Positions 11,641-24,663 of a stretch of 64,000 bases of DNA are shown one piece after another. The position numbers and the translations under genes are program-made. Each line of letters begins with the position of its first letter. Positions within the stretch are counted from its first letter, which is position 1. Under the pieces are notes generated by a model. That model did not search any database and was not told the origin of the DNA. It worked only from the letters and a program-made list of their open reading frames with translations. The stretch is from Convolutriloba macropyga (lineage: Eukaryota), in NCBI RefSeq assembly GCF_964194025.1, contig NC_134476.1:24924001-24988000 (forward strand). The letters run 5' to 3'.

Positions 11641-14579
11641 CAATTATTTACACCAGCCAACCACTACCTGGTGAAACTATTAACTTTATTATACTATTAA
11701 ATTTGAAACCACCGGACTAAAAAAATTATCAGGGAAAAAATCAGGGAAAAAAATTATGAAATAGTTTTCTTGGAAAACTTTTATAAGTTGCATTTCCGAA
11801 GCATTGTGAATGATAGATTGTCTGGTAAAAAATATCTTAGCCCAACAATTGACTATCCAACGATGGGTCAAATATAACCAACGATATATCTCGGAAAAAG
11901 AAATCGAGCAACAAGAAATAAAGAAACCTTAAAAAATTTGTAAAAGTTTTCAATCAACTTCGCTGAAAACTGCAAGGTCTCAATAAACTGTTCCCAACAC
12001 ACCTTAAGAAAGATCCTGCTGATTTATTGCGCACCTAAACGATACTCAAACGCACTGTAGAACACAGAAAACGCGAGCAAGAACAAAAATTTAAAAAGAA
12101 AACGGCTGAAAAATTTTATTTTTATTCAAATAAAAGCGATCAAACCTTTAGTTGTTTGGACTTAAAGACCATGACCCTGACAACAACTCTAACCTAACAT
12201 TTAAGCAAGAAAAGTAAAAACATTTATTCTGAAAGTCAGAAGAAACGGAAGAATACGGCAAAAAAATCTTTAAATTAAGCGTACTTAAGTTTGTTGAAGC
12301 CAACTTAAACTGACATTGCCGATGTCAAACGGCCACGAAAACAAACACAGAGGCTCATTTTAACCAATTTTGTTTAAACAGATACTGGAAAAATGAAGTA
12401 CAAAAACCGTTAAAGCGTCTAAAACGGCGAAATCACAAAAATAGCTCAAGATTGCATATAAAACACTCACATATAATTGAAAAGGTCAACGAGATTCTCA
12501 TTCGTACAATAACTTGCAAAGATGGATAAAAAACACTCTGCACAAAAAAGTAAAGTAAAAACTAAAAAAGCTGCTGCGAACAAACCGAAACTGATTAAAA
12601 TATTTCGCTACCTTAGCAAATTTTTTTCATACCTACTTTTTTTCGCTCTCAAAAACACGATATGAACGATAATCAATCTCTCCGATCTTCAATTCGTTCA
12701 GCCATTTGATCAAAACGCTTAGTTTTTACGTGCGGCATTGACTTTTGCATCCTGTTTTAAATACACTCGAAAAAATTATCGATCTAAAAAAGAGCACCGT
12801 AATATAGCTCCACTCAGTTTACTGTTGTGCCGCTATAAAAACATATGGCCCAAATTTTGAATTTCTTTTAATTAGGTATGTAATTTCAAGATAGAATTAA
12901 TTTTCTTCGTCAGTTTACAGAGCTCAAAAAAACTATGTATGCTACCCGTAACGATTGCATTAAGTTGATCAGACATCTCAAATTTCATATTTTTGCAGCC
13001 AATTTTATGAAAAAGGAAGATAAAAACGTTGCTCTTCTTATTGCCCGAGTTTTCCTTCATCAAAAACAGGTGAGAGCGGGGTAGTGTTGGTGTTTTCTTG
13101 GGGTTGGGGGGAATAGGGTAAGACCAAAAATCGGTCGAGCTAAAAACACAAAACAACATAGTTGTTAAAAATTTGGTTTGATAGCAATTGAACACATCGA
13201 GGCTATAACTGAAAAACGTTAAAAGAAACCCCTAAAAGAAATGATCAGACCAAGTTTCAAACATTTGAGGCCCAGTTCATTGCTTCAACGAAAAAATACG
13301 TGAGAATAACCCCAAAACAATGACAAAAACCAACAAAAAATTGGTTGCAGAGCCTTAGAATACCCAAGCTATTGAAGCGTGACAAAACACGACTGTAGAA
13401 GCTTTCCCTACAGTGTCAAAGCGTATCAGTCTACGGAAAAGTTGGAAATGGTAAAAAAAAATTGGCAACTATAATCTGTCGATCTAATAGCTTTAGCTCA
13501 TTAACATGAGCAAAGGAAATGATCAATAACTCCATATGCCGTTACAAAGGGGTCAGAACTCGTCTCTGACTTTTTTACTTAAACTCCGAGAACGAAGCCT
13601 ACATAAAAGTCACGAAGGATTCACCATCTAAAATAACAACGCAATTGATCGGTACACTAAACCACGAGAACCAGTAAACTGGATAATGACAACAACCATT
13701 ACCGAAAAGGAGTGAGGAAGCCGTGCACCGACCATGAACTAATTTCTTTCAATAATGAACAAATTACTGAATTCTAATTTCATGTTACAAGTTTCAAGAT
13801 GAAAAGATCGAACATTTATGTAAATAAAGGTAATGCTGGCGAATTCTTAAAAATTGAAAATAAAGAGCATAACCGACTAACATCGGTAAAATTGCTCTCA
13901 AATAACTGGCGAGTTGTTCGCTTCAGTAATAACCAGCTGGGGCTTAAGTATGATAGCAATGGGGGAGGGGGGGGTTCAAACTGTTGGGGTAGTCAATCGA
14001 TTGGTGGCGGGTGGGGGTAATAAATTAACCCGTACATTTTTTCACCCCGATTTTAAGCTTCCTTTAATTGTTAATTAATGGCTCATGACTGTCTTAAAAA
14101 TAAAGATGAAGACTCAATAGGCAACAGCAAAACTAAAGCCATCGGCGAATTAGTTATCTCATTTAGTCCCCAATAGGGCAATTAAAAGCAATTGAAATAT
14201 CAATGGAACATTTCTTGTTTCATCGCATATTGAAATCAGCATGATAACTGCCGTTTTTAAGCTAACCACTTCCAAAACAAAGATACTTTGGTTGTAGACG
14301 GCCATGAGTTTTATGTTAAAAGCAGATCAACAGCACTTATGAAGCAAATCAACAGCACTTCGACAACTTTGTCATTGAAAAAATAGACGCGCCTTGTTAA
14401 AATTTTCAATCAAATTCTATCAAAAGACTGGGGTTGAACCGTCCTCCCAAATTCCCCCAAAAATCAAAAAGATGCAGCCATAGAGAGACATACCAGATCA
14501 ACTAATGCAGTCGAGGGTTGACGGGGAAGTGTTGGGGGGGGGGGGGCCTGAATGGGGTGGGACAAACTTTTAAGATAAA

Positions 14580-14815
14580 GAACCGCCCTTCACACCATCA
14601 AATTGTCTCCACAAAACAGTTTTGGCGGAAAGCATATAGAGTATAGAAAGTCGAAAGGCTTTAAGAGTCCTTAATGCCCTCCGGACGTTACCTGTTTATC
14701 CCGTTGAGGACGAAACGTCAAAAGGGTCAGAAAAAAATAGGCCAAGCGAAAAATCGCATAAAAAGACCAGGTGACTAATATAATTGCTACAATCTTCCTT
14801 TGAGAGCAATTAAAA
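14580..14815 (+). repeat. Dispersed repeat family A (~235 bp). Other copies at about 2195-2420, 4480-4667 (partial), 20211-20389 plus 33634-33678 (split by the LTR element) and 62849-63092
   Basis: Shared aaccgcccttcacacca...ttaatgcc....gggcgctacctgtttatcccg...aagcgaaaaatcgcataaaaagacc..ggactaatataattgc. Confidence 0.85.
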
Positions 14816-15187
14816 CTGAACTAAAGTCACTTCCGAGAAACTAAATTGTTCACTTTATTTATAAGGAATTTAAATCGTTTATCGTTTTAATTGTAAATAT
14901 CTCTACACTAAGCCTGACGATGCTAATTGCAGCGTTTGTGAATTATTTATCGATTACTTTTATCTCAAACAACTCTCGTCACGAGTCTGTTACAGTGTTT
15001 ACTTATAATAGTTATCGGTTAATTTTTCAGTTCACGTCAATTGAGAACAAATAAGCCATTTAAGCCGCTTCCATAATCCGTCTCGTGGAATCTCCCAAGA
15101 ATTCTATTGAACATCAGATGAGAAAAGGCGCGAAGCAACTGCATAACTTTTGAATAAATTAAGCAATGCTGACAATCAAGGCAATTA

Positions 15188-15477
15188 TCACCTTGACGGA
15201 TCACACTGTGGACAGAAAAAGTTATCGGCTACTGAGAACTGATTAAGGCTGTTTAGTTTTGCCAAAGTGGCTCTTCGGCCTAAAGGCATACCGGATCCAC
15301 TTCCCCCCATAGCACCATCTCTGCCCCCCATAATTGGGCTGCTCATTTGACCTCCCCCACTGGTTCCTGTTCCTCTGAGCCCTCCACTCTGTTGCTGAAT
15401 GGCCAGACAGTCGGAATGAAAGCAATGGGAGCAGTTGAATGTTGTAATTCCTCCTCCACCTCCAGTGCCCAGCACAC
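15188..15477 (-). CDS. VPS41: VPS41 exon completing the RING-H2 finger (probable last or penultimate coding exon)
   Basis: Acceptor atttcag|, phase 1, matching the previous exon. Encodes TFNCSHCFHSDCL...FFCPQC (C-x-H-x2-H-x2-C ... C-x2-C), then TGA at 15190-15188, which overlaps a possible AG|GTGATA donor. Confidence 0.88.
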
Positions 15478-18400
15478 CTGAAATTTATTGGATTTCCCTT
15501 CTCAAACGATTGCTCAAAACTCGCTTAAGAGATTGTTGCTAACATCTTGTAAGCTATTTCATGATTCTTATCAGGCATCATATGAGTCTTATAAGATTTC
15601 GTACTATTGAAGCAACAGGAATCCCACTAGATGAGTATTGACACCATAAGCTCATGAAATACTGATATTAATTAGGCAAGATTAATGCTTCGCTTTTTTC
15701 AGATCTAGGACCTGACAGTTAGCTCTTAGCTTCACTGTGGTCAAGATTAAGATTGTAGCTCGCAATTGTGCTTTGTAAAATTGAGCTGGCCAAATTACAA
15801 TAACGACACTTCTGATTATTTCAAACGAGCAATCATTCAGTGATAACTCTGTGAGAGCTATTTTGAAATTACGAAATGGAAAATATTGAAATCACAGCTG
15901 ACAGATTGCCTGGAAATAGCCGGCATTGATTCCCATAACCCTGGTTGGAATTGAAAGAACAGAAAAAATTACTTGTACAAAAACATTTCGAACTGTTTTA
16001 ATTTCATTTTGTAGTTAGACAAAGTCCTGTTTCTCATTGAGAAGATAAAGCGGCTAGTGGGCATCTAACATTTATAGGAACAAAGTTCAAGTAGCGGGCA
16101 TCATAAATTAGCCTTTATGGGTATATCCCGTTTCTATTTTAGATTTAATTTTTCAATAGAGACTATGTTGAGTCTAGATTGTGTTGATGTTCAAAAGCAC
16201 TTTGAGCATGAGACAAGAGTGAATTTAGCCTAGAGAAGTGAAAAAGATATCACGAAAAATGTTTAGCAAGCTGTGAAATAAAGTAAATCAAAACAATTTT
16301 TTGTTCGACGACGTAACAAAACATAGCAGGACAAGTCCTGACGTACAACTCAAAGAATTTTCATTGACTAAACGAAAAACTAGACCTAGAAAGGACTATT
16401 AATGGATTGGAAAAACCGTTTAGAAAAAAATCCATTCCAAAAAATCGAAAACATACCCGGTAGATTGCCCGAAAATAGCGGCCGTTGATTCCAATAAGCA
16501 TGATAGGGATTGAAAGAATAGAAGATACTGAAAAAAAAAGATTTTTGTAAAAACATTTTTTGTCCGATTTATTTTGATGACATTTCGTAGTTGAACATAC
16601 TTCTGTTTCTTAGAGAGGGGCTACAGGGGCTACTATCAATACCAATAAGCATTGGAGATGGTAACTAAGACTTATAGGAACGACGTTCAAATAGCGGGCA
16701 TCTAAAATTGGGCTTTATGGGTTTATCCCGTTTCTATTTCTGACTTAAATTTTTTATACTGACTCCATTCATTTTGAATTGCTTTGCTGAGCAACTGATG
16801 TTCAAAATCACTTTTAGCAGAATGAGAGAAGAGAGAAACTCGCCTAGAGAAGTCAAAAAGATTTCACGCAAAATGTTGAAAAAGCGGAAAAGTGAGGTAA
16901 AGCGGAACAATTTTTTGTTCGACAAAGCAAAAACATTAGGAGCGCTATAATAGCCGGCTGAGAAGATGAGGGCGGCTATTAAAAACAGTAAAAATCAAAG
17001 TGAAATTGTCGCATGTGAACAAAAAACCACTAGCGAGAAAGCGAATTTTTGTTCAAACACCGTTTTCTCACTCTACTTTAAAATTAGAGCGAAAAAATTT
17101 CACGCCACAAAGCCACTCGCTTTTTCGCCCCACTTCCTGTTTCGGCGTGACCAAAATCACTACTCCAATTTGACTTCAAAATTCATGAAAATTTGTGAAC
17201 AGATCTTAAAAAAAGTTAGCGCCCAATACAATTCAAATTCTTTGAATTGTAAAAAATAGGGACGATATAATAGACGGCTGAGAATATGAGATTGGCTATT
17301 AATTACCAAAACCGCCGACAGATTGCCGGAAAATAGCCGACGTTGACGCTATGTTAAAAACCATTTAGTTGAAACAGCGAGTGAAGTAAGTCAGAGAAGC
17401 TAAAAAAGAGCACACCCAAATAATAGACGATGAGAGGCTGAAACCGGCTATTAAAAAACAGTAGTAAACAAACTCCGCTCTTAATTATTTGTTGAGATGT
17501 AATTTTAATTAGGAATCTGTATAATTTAATTTTACGTCAACTAGCTGGTCTCAAATAACCTTTATCTCCTTGAAAGTCATTTTGAGACTGAGATAAATCA
17601 CCCGTGACCAAAAAAACCTGAAGAAAATTATGCCGAGGAACAAACAATTCGCGCCACTAGAGCAAAAAAAGAGCTCAAGCAAGTCATTTTTTTAAAATTG
17701 AATGAACCAATGAGAAGAAGCAGAATTGAAATCAATGAAAGCAATGAAAAAATCGTCACGTGATACGGTCGTGACAAATTTTCTGACGACTAAAGTTTTT
17801 TTTTAAAAAAACGCACTACAAGTCTTGAACTTAAATTAAAAGATATTTCATTAACTAAAGAAGACACAAGACCTGGAAATGGAGAGCAATTGATTCAAAA
17901 CTATATTTTATGAAAAAAAAGGACAAAAAAACATGAAAGTAGAGAAAAAACTAATCCTAATTTGCATAAACACCGTTTTCTCACACTTCTTGAAAACTGA
18001 AAAGAAAAAAGCCACAAAACTACCCGCTTTTTCCACTTCACTTCCTATTTCAGCATAACCAAAATCACTACTCTAATTTGAAGTCTAAGAGTATGAATAT
18101 GTGAGCAGGTCTTAAAAAACATACCACAAGACTCCTATACCGTATTGAAGTAGATATTCACTTAGGCCCGAACCAGCTACTAACTAAACAAAATTAACCT
18201 CCTACTTTATTACACTAATCATTTTCAGACAAGACCAGCTAAAGAAACAAGGCGAATCTGATAACAACTGATGAAAAGCACTGTCTTCACAAACCGCGCT
18301 TCCGAAAAAACAATTGACAAAAAAAGTTCAAGGAAATGAAAAATAAAAACAAAAGATATTTGAAAAACAATTCATACAGAGAAAACCGAGAAAAAGGGGA

Positions 18401-18637
18401 AAACGGAAAAGGCAAAACATGCAAAATTCTCCTGAAAAAGTTTAAACGGTTCTTTCCATGATGTATTCTGAGAAAACCTTTCAAGGATTCCTTCGCTTGA
18501 TCAGCGAAAAACGTATTTCCTTGCAGAGATACTAAACAACAATTTAAAAACACCACAAAAATTAGAAACGAGTATCATTTTACGCAGGGAAAACGGCCTC
18601 ATATAATCTTCAAGAATTACCAAAAAAGCTCTATATT

Positions 18638-19490
18638 AAAGAGTGAAAAAGAAACACGACTGCAAACGCCTTAAATTCGGCATATGAAGGCACAAAAAAA
18701 CAAGAGAACAAGGCGACTAAATTAAGGAGATTAATAACAACTAAAAAAACGTCCACAAGAACAAAATGGCAAAAAAATATCAAAATTGAACCTAGAAGTC
18801 TAATATTTGCTTCAAAGGGCCAGAAAATATTCCAAACTTACGAGCTGAGATGGAGAAACACATTTGGATAAAAAATCTATGTCGCACGTGATCAAAAATA
18901 ATGCTCGCTTAGCGCAAATGCTTTTCGCTCGCTTAAAGAGTGAAAAAGAAACACGACTGTAAAAGCCTTAAATTCAGAAGATAAAGGCAAAAAAACAAGA
19001 GAACAAGGCGACTAAATAAAGAAGATTAAAAACTACTAAATAACGTCCGTCCAACAAAACAAAATGGCAAAAAGTCTCAAAATTGCACCTAAAACTAATA
19101 TTTGCTTCAAAGGGCCAAAATTATTCCAAACACACGAGCTGAGATGGAGACAAACACATTTGGATTTTAAAAATCCAGGTCGCACGTGATCAAAAATAAT
19201 GCGTGAAACGTGATCAACAATAAAGAGTGAAAAAGAAACATGACTGCAAAAGCCTTAAGATAAAAGCAAAAAAAGAGCACAAGGCGACTAAACTGAGAAG
19301 ATTAAAAAACTACTGAATAACGTCCAACAGAACAATATGGCAAAAAATCTCAAAACTGCAGCAAACAATTATTTGCTTCAAAGGGTCAAAAATTATTCCG
19401 AACAAACAAGCTGAGATGGAGACGAACACATTTGAATGAAAAAAATCCATGTCACACAATCAAAAATAATGCTCGCTTAGCGCAAAATCT
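18638..19490. repeat. Tandem repeat, three ~290-bp units
   Basis: aaagagtgaaaaagaaaca.gactg at about 18638, 18935 and 19222. Confidence 0.88.
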
Positions 19491-19748
19491 TTTCACACCA
19501 TTTTTATCCCTCTCGCAGGGACTTATGCATGAACAGAAAACCGCTTGAATTTTTGATTTTTACTTTTTTCAGCACACTGTCCTATTTCAGATCCTTCTTC
19601 TTCTTTTCAGATCCGGCATCTGATTTCCTCTAAAACACATTCTCAATACATAAACCGACTATAGTCGTAAGAATAGATCTTGAACGACTGTCGAGGAAAA
19701 AAAATAGAAGGGGGCATAAACTACAGAAAAATTTATGGTGCAAAAACT

Positions 19749-19818
19749 TCTGACTCTGGAGCGATTCAAAACCTCGATCTCTTTGATGACAGTTGTCCAT
19801 ATTAACCACTAAGCTATA
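19749..19818 (-). repeat. Degenerate tRNA-like (Pol III A/B box) segment within a dispersed repeat. Related segments at about 4913-4985, 35712-35762 and 61384-61442
   Basis: Minus strand TAGCTTAGTGGTTAA...GAGGTTTTGAATCGCTCCAGAGTCA. The other copies have GGTTCGA, GTTTGAGCCC or GGTTTCAACCC and also end in GTC(A/G). Confidence 0.5.
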
Positions 19819-20389
19819 AATGTCAAATTCGCTCAGATCGGTTTCATTTTAGCAACAGACTTAATTTTTCGAAAGCTGGCAACTCAAATCACTCTAAATA
19901 AGAAAAGACTCACACGCGAAAAAGACACTCTAAATGTAAAATCGAAAGAATCAAAAATCAAAATCATAAGAATCAGAATTAAGAATCAAAAACGGTCAAT
20001 CAAAAATTTTCCATAAAAAGACACACGTTTACAATAATTGCTTCGAACTTCGAGCAATTGAAATAAAAGTTACCGAATAAAAACAATCGACGAACGGCGG
20101 ACGAAATACTCTCAAACGCCCAGCGAGCGGTTGCCTTCGGCAGCTGCCAGCAAGGGCTCAGGGATGCTAGCATTAGGGGGACTGAGGGGAGGCCAACTAT
20201 TAAGATTAACAACCGCCCTTCACACCATGAAATTGTCTTTAAAAACAGTTTTGGTCAATCGCATGTTTTGAGACTGCTAAGCCGTAAGGCTCTAAGAGAG
20301 CTGCCCAGCCACTTAATGGCCACCGGGCTTTACCTGTTTATCCCGTTGTTGTGGACGAAAAGTCAAAAAGGTCAGAATAAAAAAATGGT

Positions 20390-20953
20390 TATCATGTGCT
20401 CAAATATTATGTATTCGCTAGTGGTTGTTCATTTTGGTTGAAAGCAATTCTAGTTGATCAAATTGATTTGTTTACTCGAGTAAAATCTTTCAAATTAAAA
20501 CTTTTCTGGCAAGAACGAATACGTTGCTGAATTAACGATGGTTGTTCACAGCATTACAGCTTCAACAATTTAGCGAACAAAAATTGTGCTGAGCACCTAT
20601 TACAATTTAACGATTTTTCTGTTATTATTCACTATTGGATAGCTTTAGCGGTTTGGATCTTCGAATGGGTGAGTCGACAATCCCTTCGACAGCTGAAGAT
20701 CTTCTCTGGTAAAAACTTTATTTCAGTAATACAACTGTTTATTAGCGAGCAACTATTTTGTCTGTTACAATTTTAATATCTTGTTATTTACATTCAAATA
20801 TAGGCAAATATTAAACAGATTTTTCCAAAGTTGATTGGAATTCAGTAGTAAAGTTCAATTATGTAATAATGTGAACAAAATGATGGCATAATAAGAGTTA
20901 GTTAAATAACAGTAAAAGGTCAACGTTTGAACTTGGGTTTGAGCTACGTCATA
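20390..20953 (-). repeat. 3' LTR
   Basis: Direct repeat of 33065-33628, preceded on the minus strand by the polypurine tract. Confidence 0.96.
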
Positions 20954-20964
20954 CTCCCCTCCTC
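20954..20964 (-). promoter_or_regulatory. Polypurine tract
   Basis: GAGGAGGGGAG directly upstream of the 3' LTR. Confidence 0.85.
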
Positions 20965-21279
20965 AGGGAGACTTCCGGGCTCGAAAAATTTCGATATCCA
21001 TCATTCAGCGACGAAGCTCAAATCCGTAAAAGAGTAGAAGTTTGCCACAGTTCCATACCAGTTAGAAAGAATAAATGCGAGTAGAAAAGAATAAATGATC
21101 GTCCAACAATCGTACCATATGATAAGATCAGAAGAAATTGCTCCACTCCAACCGAATAATCGTTAATGAAAAAGTGATCTGTCGCAGTATGGGAGGAACT
21201 ATTGGTCTGCTGCAAGGGTACTCCAATTCTTCTTCAGTTTGGTAGTGCACATTATACTTTACAATACAACTGCACTAAT

Positions 21280-23665
21280 TCAAAGATCAGTTTCAATGCG
21301 TTGAGAACAAGTTTGTGAGAGACATGGGTCTGAATTTGATTCTACGTTTTTGTTCAACGTAGATAATGAAGTGCGTGAGCGAGATTTACTTCTCGGTCTA
21401 GTGGCTTCAGTCAGAATGTGATAGTTGTCTTTCCATTTTTGTGGAATGGCATCAGCAGCAATGTTGTCCTTCACACTAATGACTGGTTTGACACCAATGT
21501 CGTCATTTTTTGATTTGAGGAATGATGGAACAAATTTACGAATGATCTTAAATCTGTGATAAAGATAGAGAAATAAAATGTGTAAAATTATGTTCCCAAT
21601 GAAAACAATAACTGTAAGCGACAAAGACAACTTTAATGGGACGTATTCTTTGAATTCAGACACAAGTGTAGGCTTTAACGTTCTCATATCAGCAGTGATT
21701 GGTCTCGCAATCTGAACCAAGTCATCACTTTATTTTTGGGCTTCGAATCAGCTCTGCTCTCACTTTTCTCAGAAGCTCTACTCCCGCTGTTGTTCGAGAC
21801 TCGAAGTAGGGCATCTGATCGATTTGTGGAATTTCGCTCATCAAATGCTCTAAGGGATCTGGTAGCTTAACGTCGATAAGTTTCGCTTCAACTCGGTCGC
21901 AGCTCTCGAGATCGGATCGAATCTTCAAATTTTCTCCAACAATTATTTGATAGTTGCATTCGACTGTTATAATGCATATCTTGCATCCCGGAATTATTCT
22001 GTTCCATGACTTATGTACAGAATCAAGACTGTACTCACGCATTTCATAAGAATCTGAAGCCGAGGTGATTAGCCAAATGCCGTATCCTAAATTGGCAGCA
22101 TTCGCTTGCGTAGGAAGGTAAAATACTTCCGTGTCGCAAGTCTCCGCTGCTTTTAGGGTCGAACTAACGAAAAGGGTTGCCAGGCAAGAAGGATGATTCG
22201 TTTGGGTAGCGATAGTCTCATGGCATATTCGGTATCTAGCTGATCCTAGACATGCCTCAAACTGATCTTTTGAAAGTGTTACCGATTCCATTTGATCCTC
22301 TGATATGGCAAGATAGGGCGCTTCTATGACCCATCGGATTGCCATACGAGGTTCTGGCTGTGGCATCGGAACTATTTGCGCCTGGTACGTAGAAAAAACA
22401 GTTTGTCGCGAGGCCAACGGAATGGCAAGTGTAAGAACTAGTCCTTCATCCAAAGTCACGACATCTCGAAGAAGTTTTGCGTCATAATATGATAATAAAT
22501 CTGTTGGGGGTATGGCTAACGACAATCTGCTACCACTTAAAGACTGGTCAGCAGCGACAGATTTCAGTATAGCAAGTAGAGATTCTTTGGGTACCAAGGA
22601 CATTGGTAAATGTTGTTGTAGTAACGTTGGGATGGCATTTAGGACATTCATGCGATACGTGTAGAGAGCTGTTCTATAGCTTTTGACGTCCGCATAGAGC
22701 ATTGAGAGAAGAGAAGCTGCTGTGTCGAAGTTGAAATTGAGCTGTTGGTTCGAGAACAGCATTTGGGTGCAGTCTCGTAGAATGTGGAAGTTGCCCTCGA
22801 AAACTTTAAATTGCTCCTCGATGATAGCCCAATTTTTATTCTGTGTCTCTATCATCTGGTTTTGTGTCTCCCTAATCTCTTTTAATTCATTCCCAACTAA
22901 GAAAAACTTTTCATCAGTTGCAGTTTTTATCTGCATTACGTAGTCCGTCAGTGATGAAGTGAAACTGTATAGTCGATCAATATTAGCTGCATTCTCTTTA
23001 GCTCTGTCCTGGCATGATCCAAAAATGCCAGAGAGACCGCATCCGCCTCCATTTCCCATGAGGACACCAGAACCAAAGAGCCCTATTCCAGCCATAGCAG
23101 CGACTGCGACATGTGCTCCTCGTTTAACTCGGTTGTTTGTTCCTCTGATTTCATCACTGTTTTGAAGAAAGGTTGAAGTTTCGTTTCGAATGAGTCGAAC
23201 ATCCAGACTCGACTTATTGACTTCTTTCTCTATCTTTGACAAGATCCAATCAACATTGAAAGATGAGGCATTTCCATTAAAACTGGATGAGAAATCAAGT
23301 GGACACTGGATTGATGGTAATTTCCACATGTCATTCAAGCGTCTGAGTAATGTATTCAACTCTGGTTTTAAGGAAAAGTTGTACGATGGAAATGGAACCA
23401 TGAATTGAACAGGGACGAACTTTTCAGCCAAGAGAATTTTCGTTTCTTCGTTGAAAATTATTCCTTTTTCGAGTACGTCATCAAAGTTGCGCTCTTCTGA
23501 TGATCCAGCAGTATGAATATACATTAGGATGAGTTTAAGGAATAACGTGGCAAGCTTCATCATTCTAAACATGTGAACATTTGTGACTTTGTGTTTCAGG
23601 AGTGGAGTCATATGAGAAGTGTTACAGGTTTTAGTATAGAGAAAAGATATGCAGGTTTTTATCAT
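21280..23665 (-). pseudogene. env: Env-like class I fusion glycoprotein (baculovirus F / errantivirus env-like), one frameshift at about 21730
   Basis: Signal peptide MMKLATLFLKLILMYIHTAGS, furin site RVKR followed by fusion peptide GAHVAVAAMAGIGLFGSGVLMG, heptad repeats and a Cys-rich ectodomain. The TM segment LSLSLTVIVFIGNIILHILFLYLY lies in the downstream frame (21720-21280). Confidence 0.88.
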
Positions 23666-23680
23666 AATATTGTCAGTTAA

Positions 23681-23793
23681 CAGTACCGCCGACTGTGGCG
23701 TTAGGTGTGGGAACTATCAGGTTCACAAGTTATGTAGGTTTGTAAGGTAATTGATTCAGTTCAAAGCAGTACCGCCGACTGTGACGTAAGGTG
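23681..23793. repeat. 27-bp direct repeat between the divergent env and antisense genes
   Basis: cagtaccgccgactgtggcgttaggtg (23681-23707) and cagtaccgccgactgtgacgtaaggtg (23767-23793). Confidence 0.85.
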
Positions 23794-23900
23794 AAAAACA
23801 AGTTTCAAAATATGCAGTTGTGCATTAATGTGTGCAGTTTTTATAATTTTTAATCAAGAAGGCTACGTGAACTCAACGGAGTATATTCTTCAGAGTAAGA

Positions 23901-24217
23901 ATGGATGAGTTCGTAACTATGGCAATAATATTGTTTTTGCGTACGCGCAAAACTAACAGCACCATTCTTACGACGAATGAAAAACGAAAGGAGTTCCGCG
24001 ACTTGTGTCGTTTTTTTGAAGAGAAAGACGGCAAATTGGTCGCAAAAAGCGATCATTCGGTGGTTCCCACCCTTGCAGAAGTTGAAGCAGCTCTCCGAGA
24101 CGAGCATTACAAGGGGTTTAGCCATCTGAAGACTCGTTCGTCTCTCCGGGAGGTGTTGACGGGAAAATCTTGGTCCTACCCACCGAAACTTGGGGGATTC
24201 ACTCGGCTTGTAGAAGA
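23901..24217 (+). CDS. Antisense accessory gene of the LTR element, exon 1 (integrase-like H2C2 domain, N-terminal half)
   Basis: ATG ORF ...KRKEFRDLCRFFEEKDGKLV...VVPTLAEVEAALRDEHYKGFSHLK...WSYP...LVE ending at a consensus donor GA|GTGAGT. Confidence 0.75.
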
Positions 24218-24341
24218 GTGAGTTCTCTTTCAAGTTGATATTTTATAACAAAAAGTAACTGCATTAAAAGAGTTAAGGAAATTGTTCTAAAAGTAGAGAA
24301 AGCGTTGACTATCTGCGTAAACTGGAGCTTTGATTATTCAG

Positions 24342-24598
24342 GTTTGTCAGGACCTGTCCTCATTGTTACACTGAGGAGAACCAAAAAAGGCGGTTTCTTT
24401 GTACGGCTGTTTCGGAAAATCGCAAGAGAGCTTGGTGTGAACAGTTTGGTTTCACTTTTGTGAAAGATGCGGTTAAATACACCAACTCTGTTTGTGAGCT
24501 CGGGACTCCGGAACCAGCCGGGAAACCAAAATATGCTGAGGTTCATGGACAGTGTATTTTCTCTAGCATTTATTATCTGATTGTGGGGAAACGTTCAG
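24342..24598 (+). CDS. Antisense accessory gene, exon 2 (CxxC completing H2C2; OTU-like catalytic Cys motif)
   Basis: Acceptor ttattcag|. The in-phase join gives VEEFVRTCPHC. The frame stays open to AEVHGQCIFSSIYYLIVGKRS; donor G|GTTAAT. Confidence 0.72.
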
Positions 24599-24663
24599 GT
24601 TAATCAGCTTGCTGTTTTTTTTTTAAATTCATCATTGTTTCGAAAATTCTACATTTTATATAG

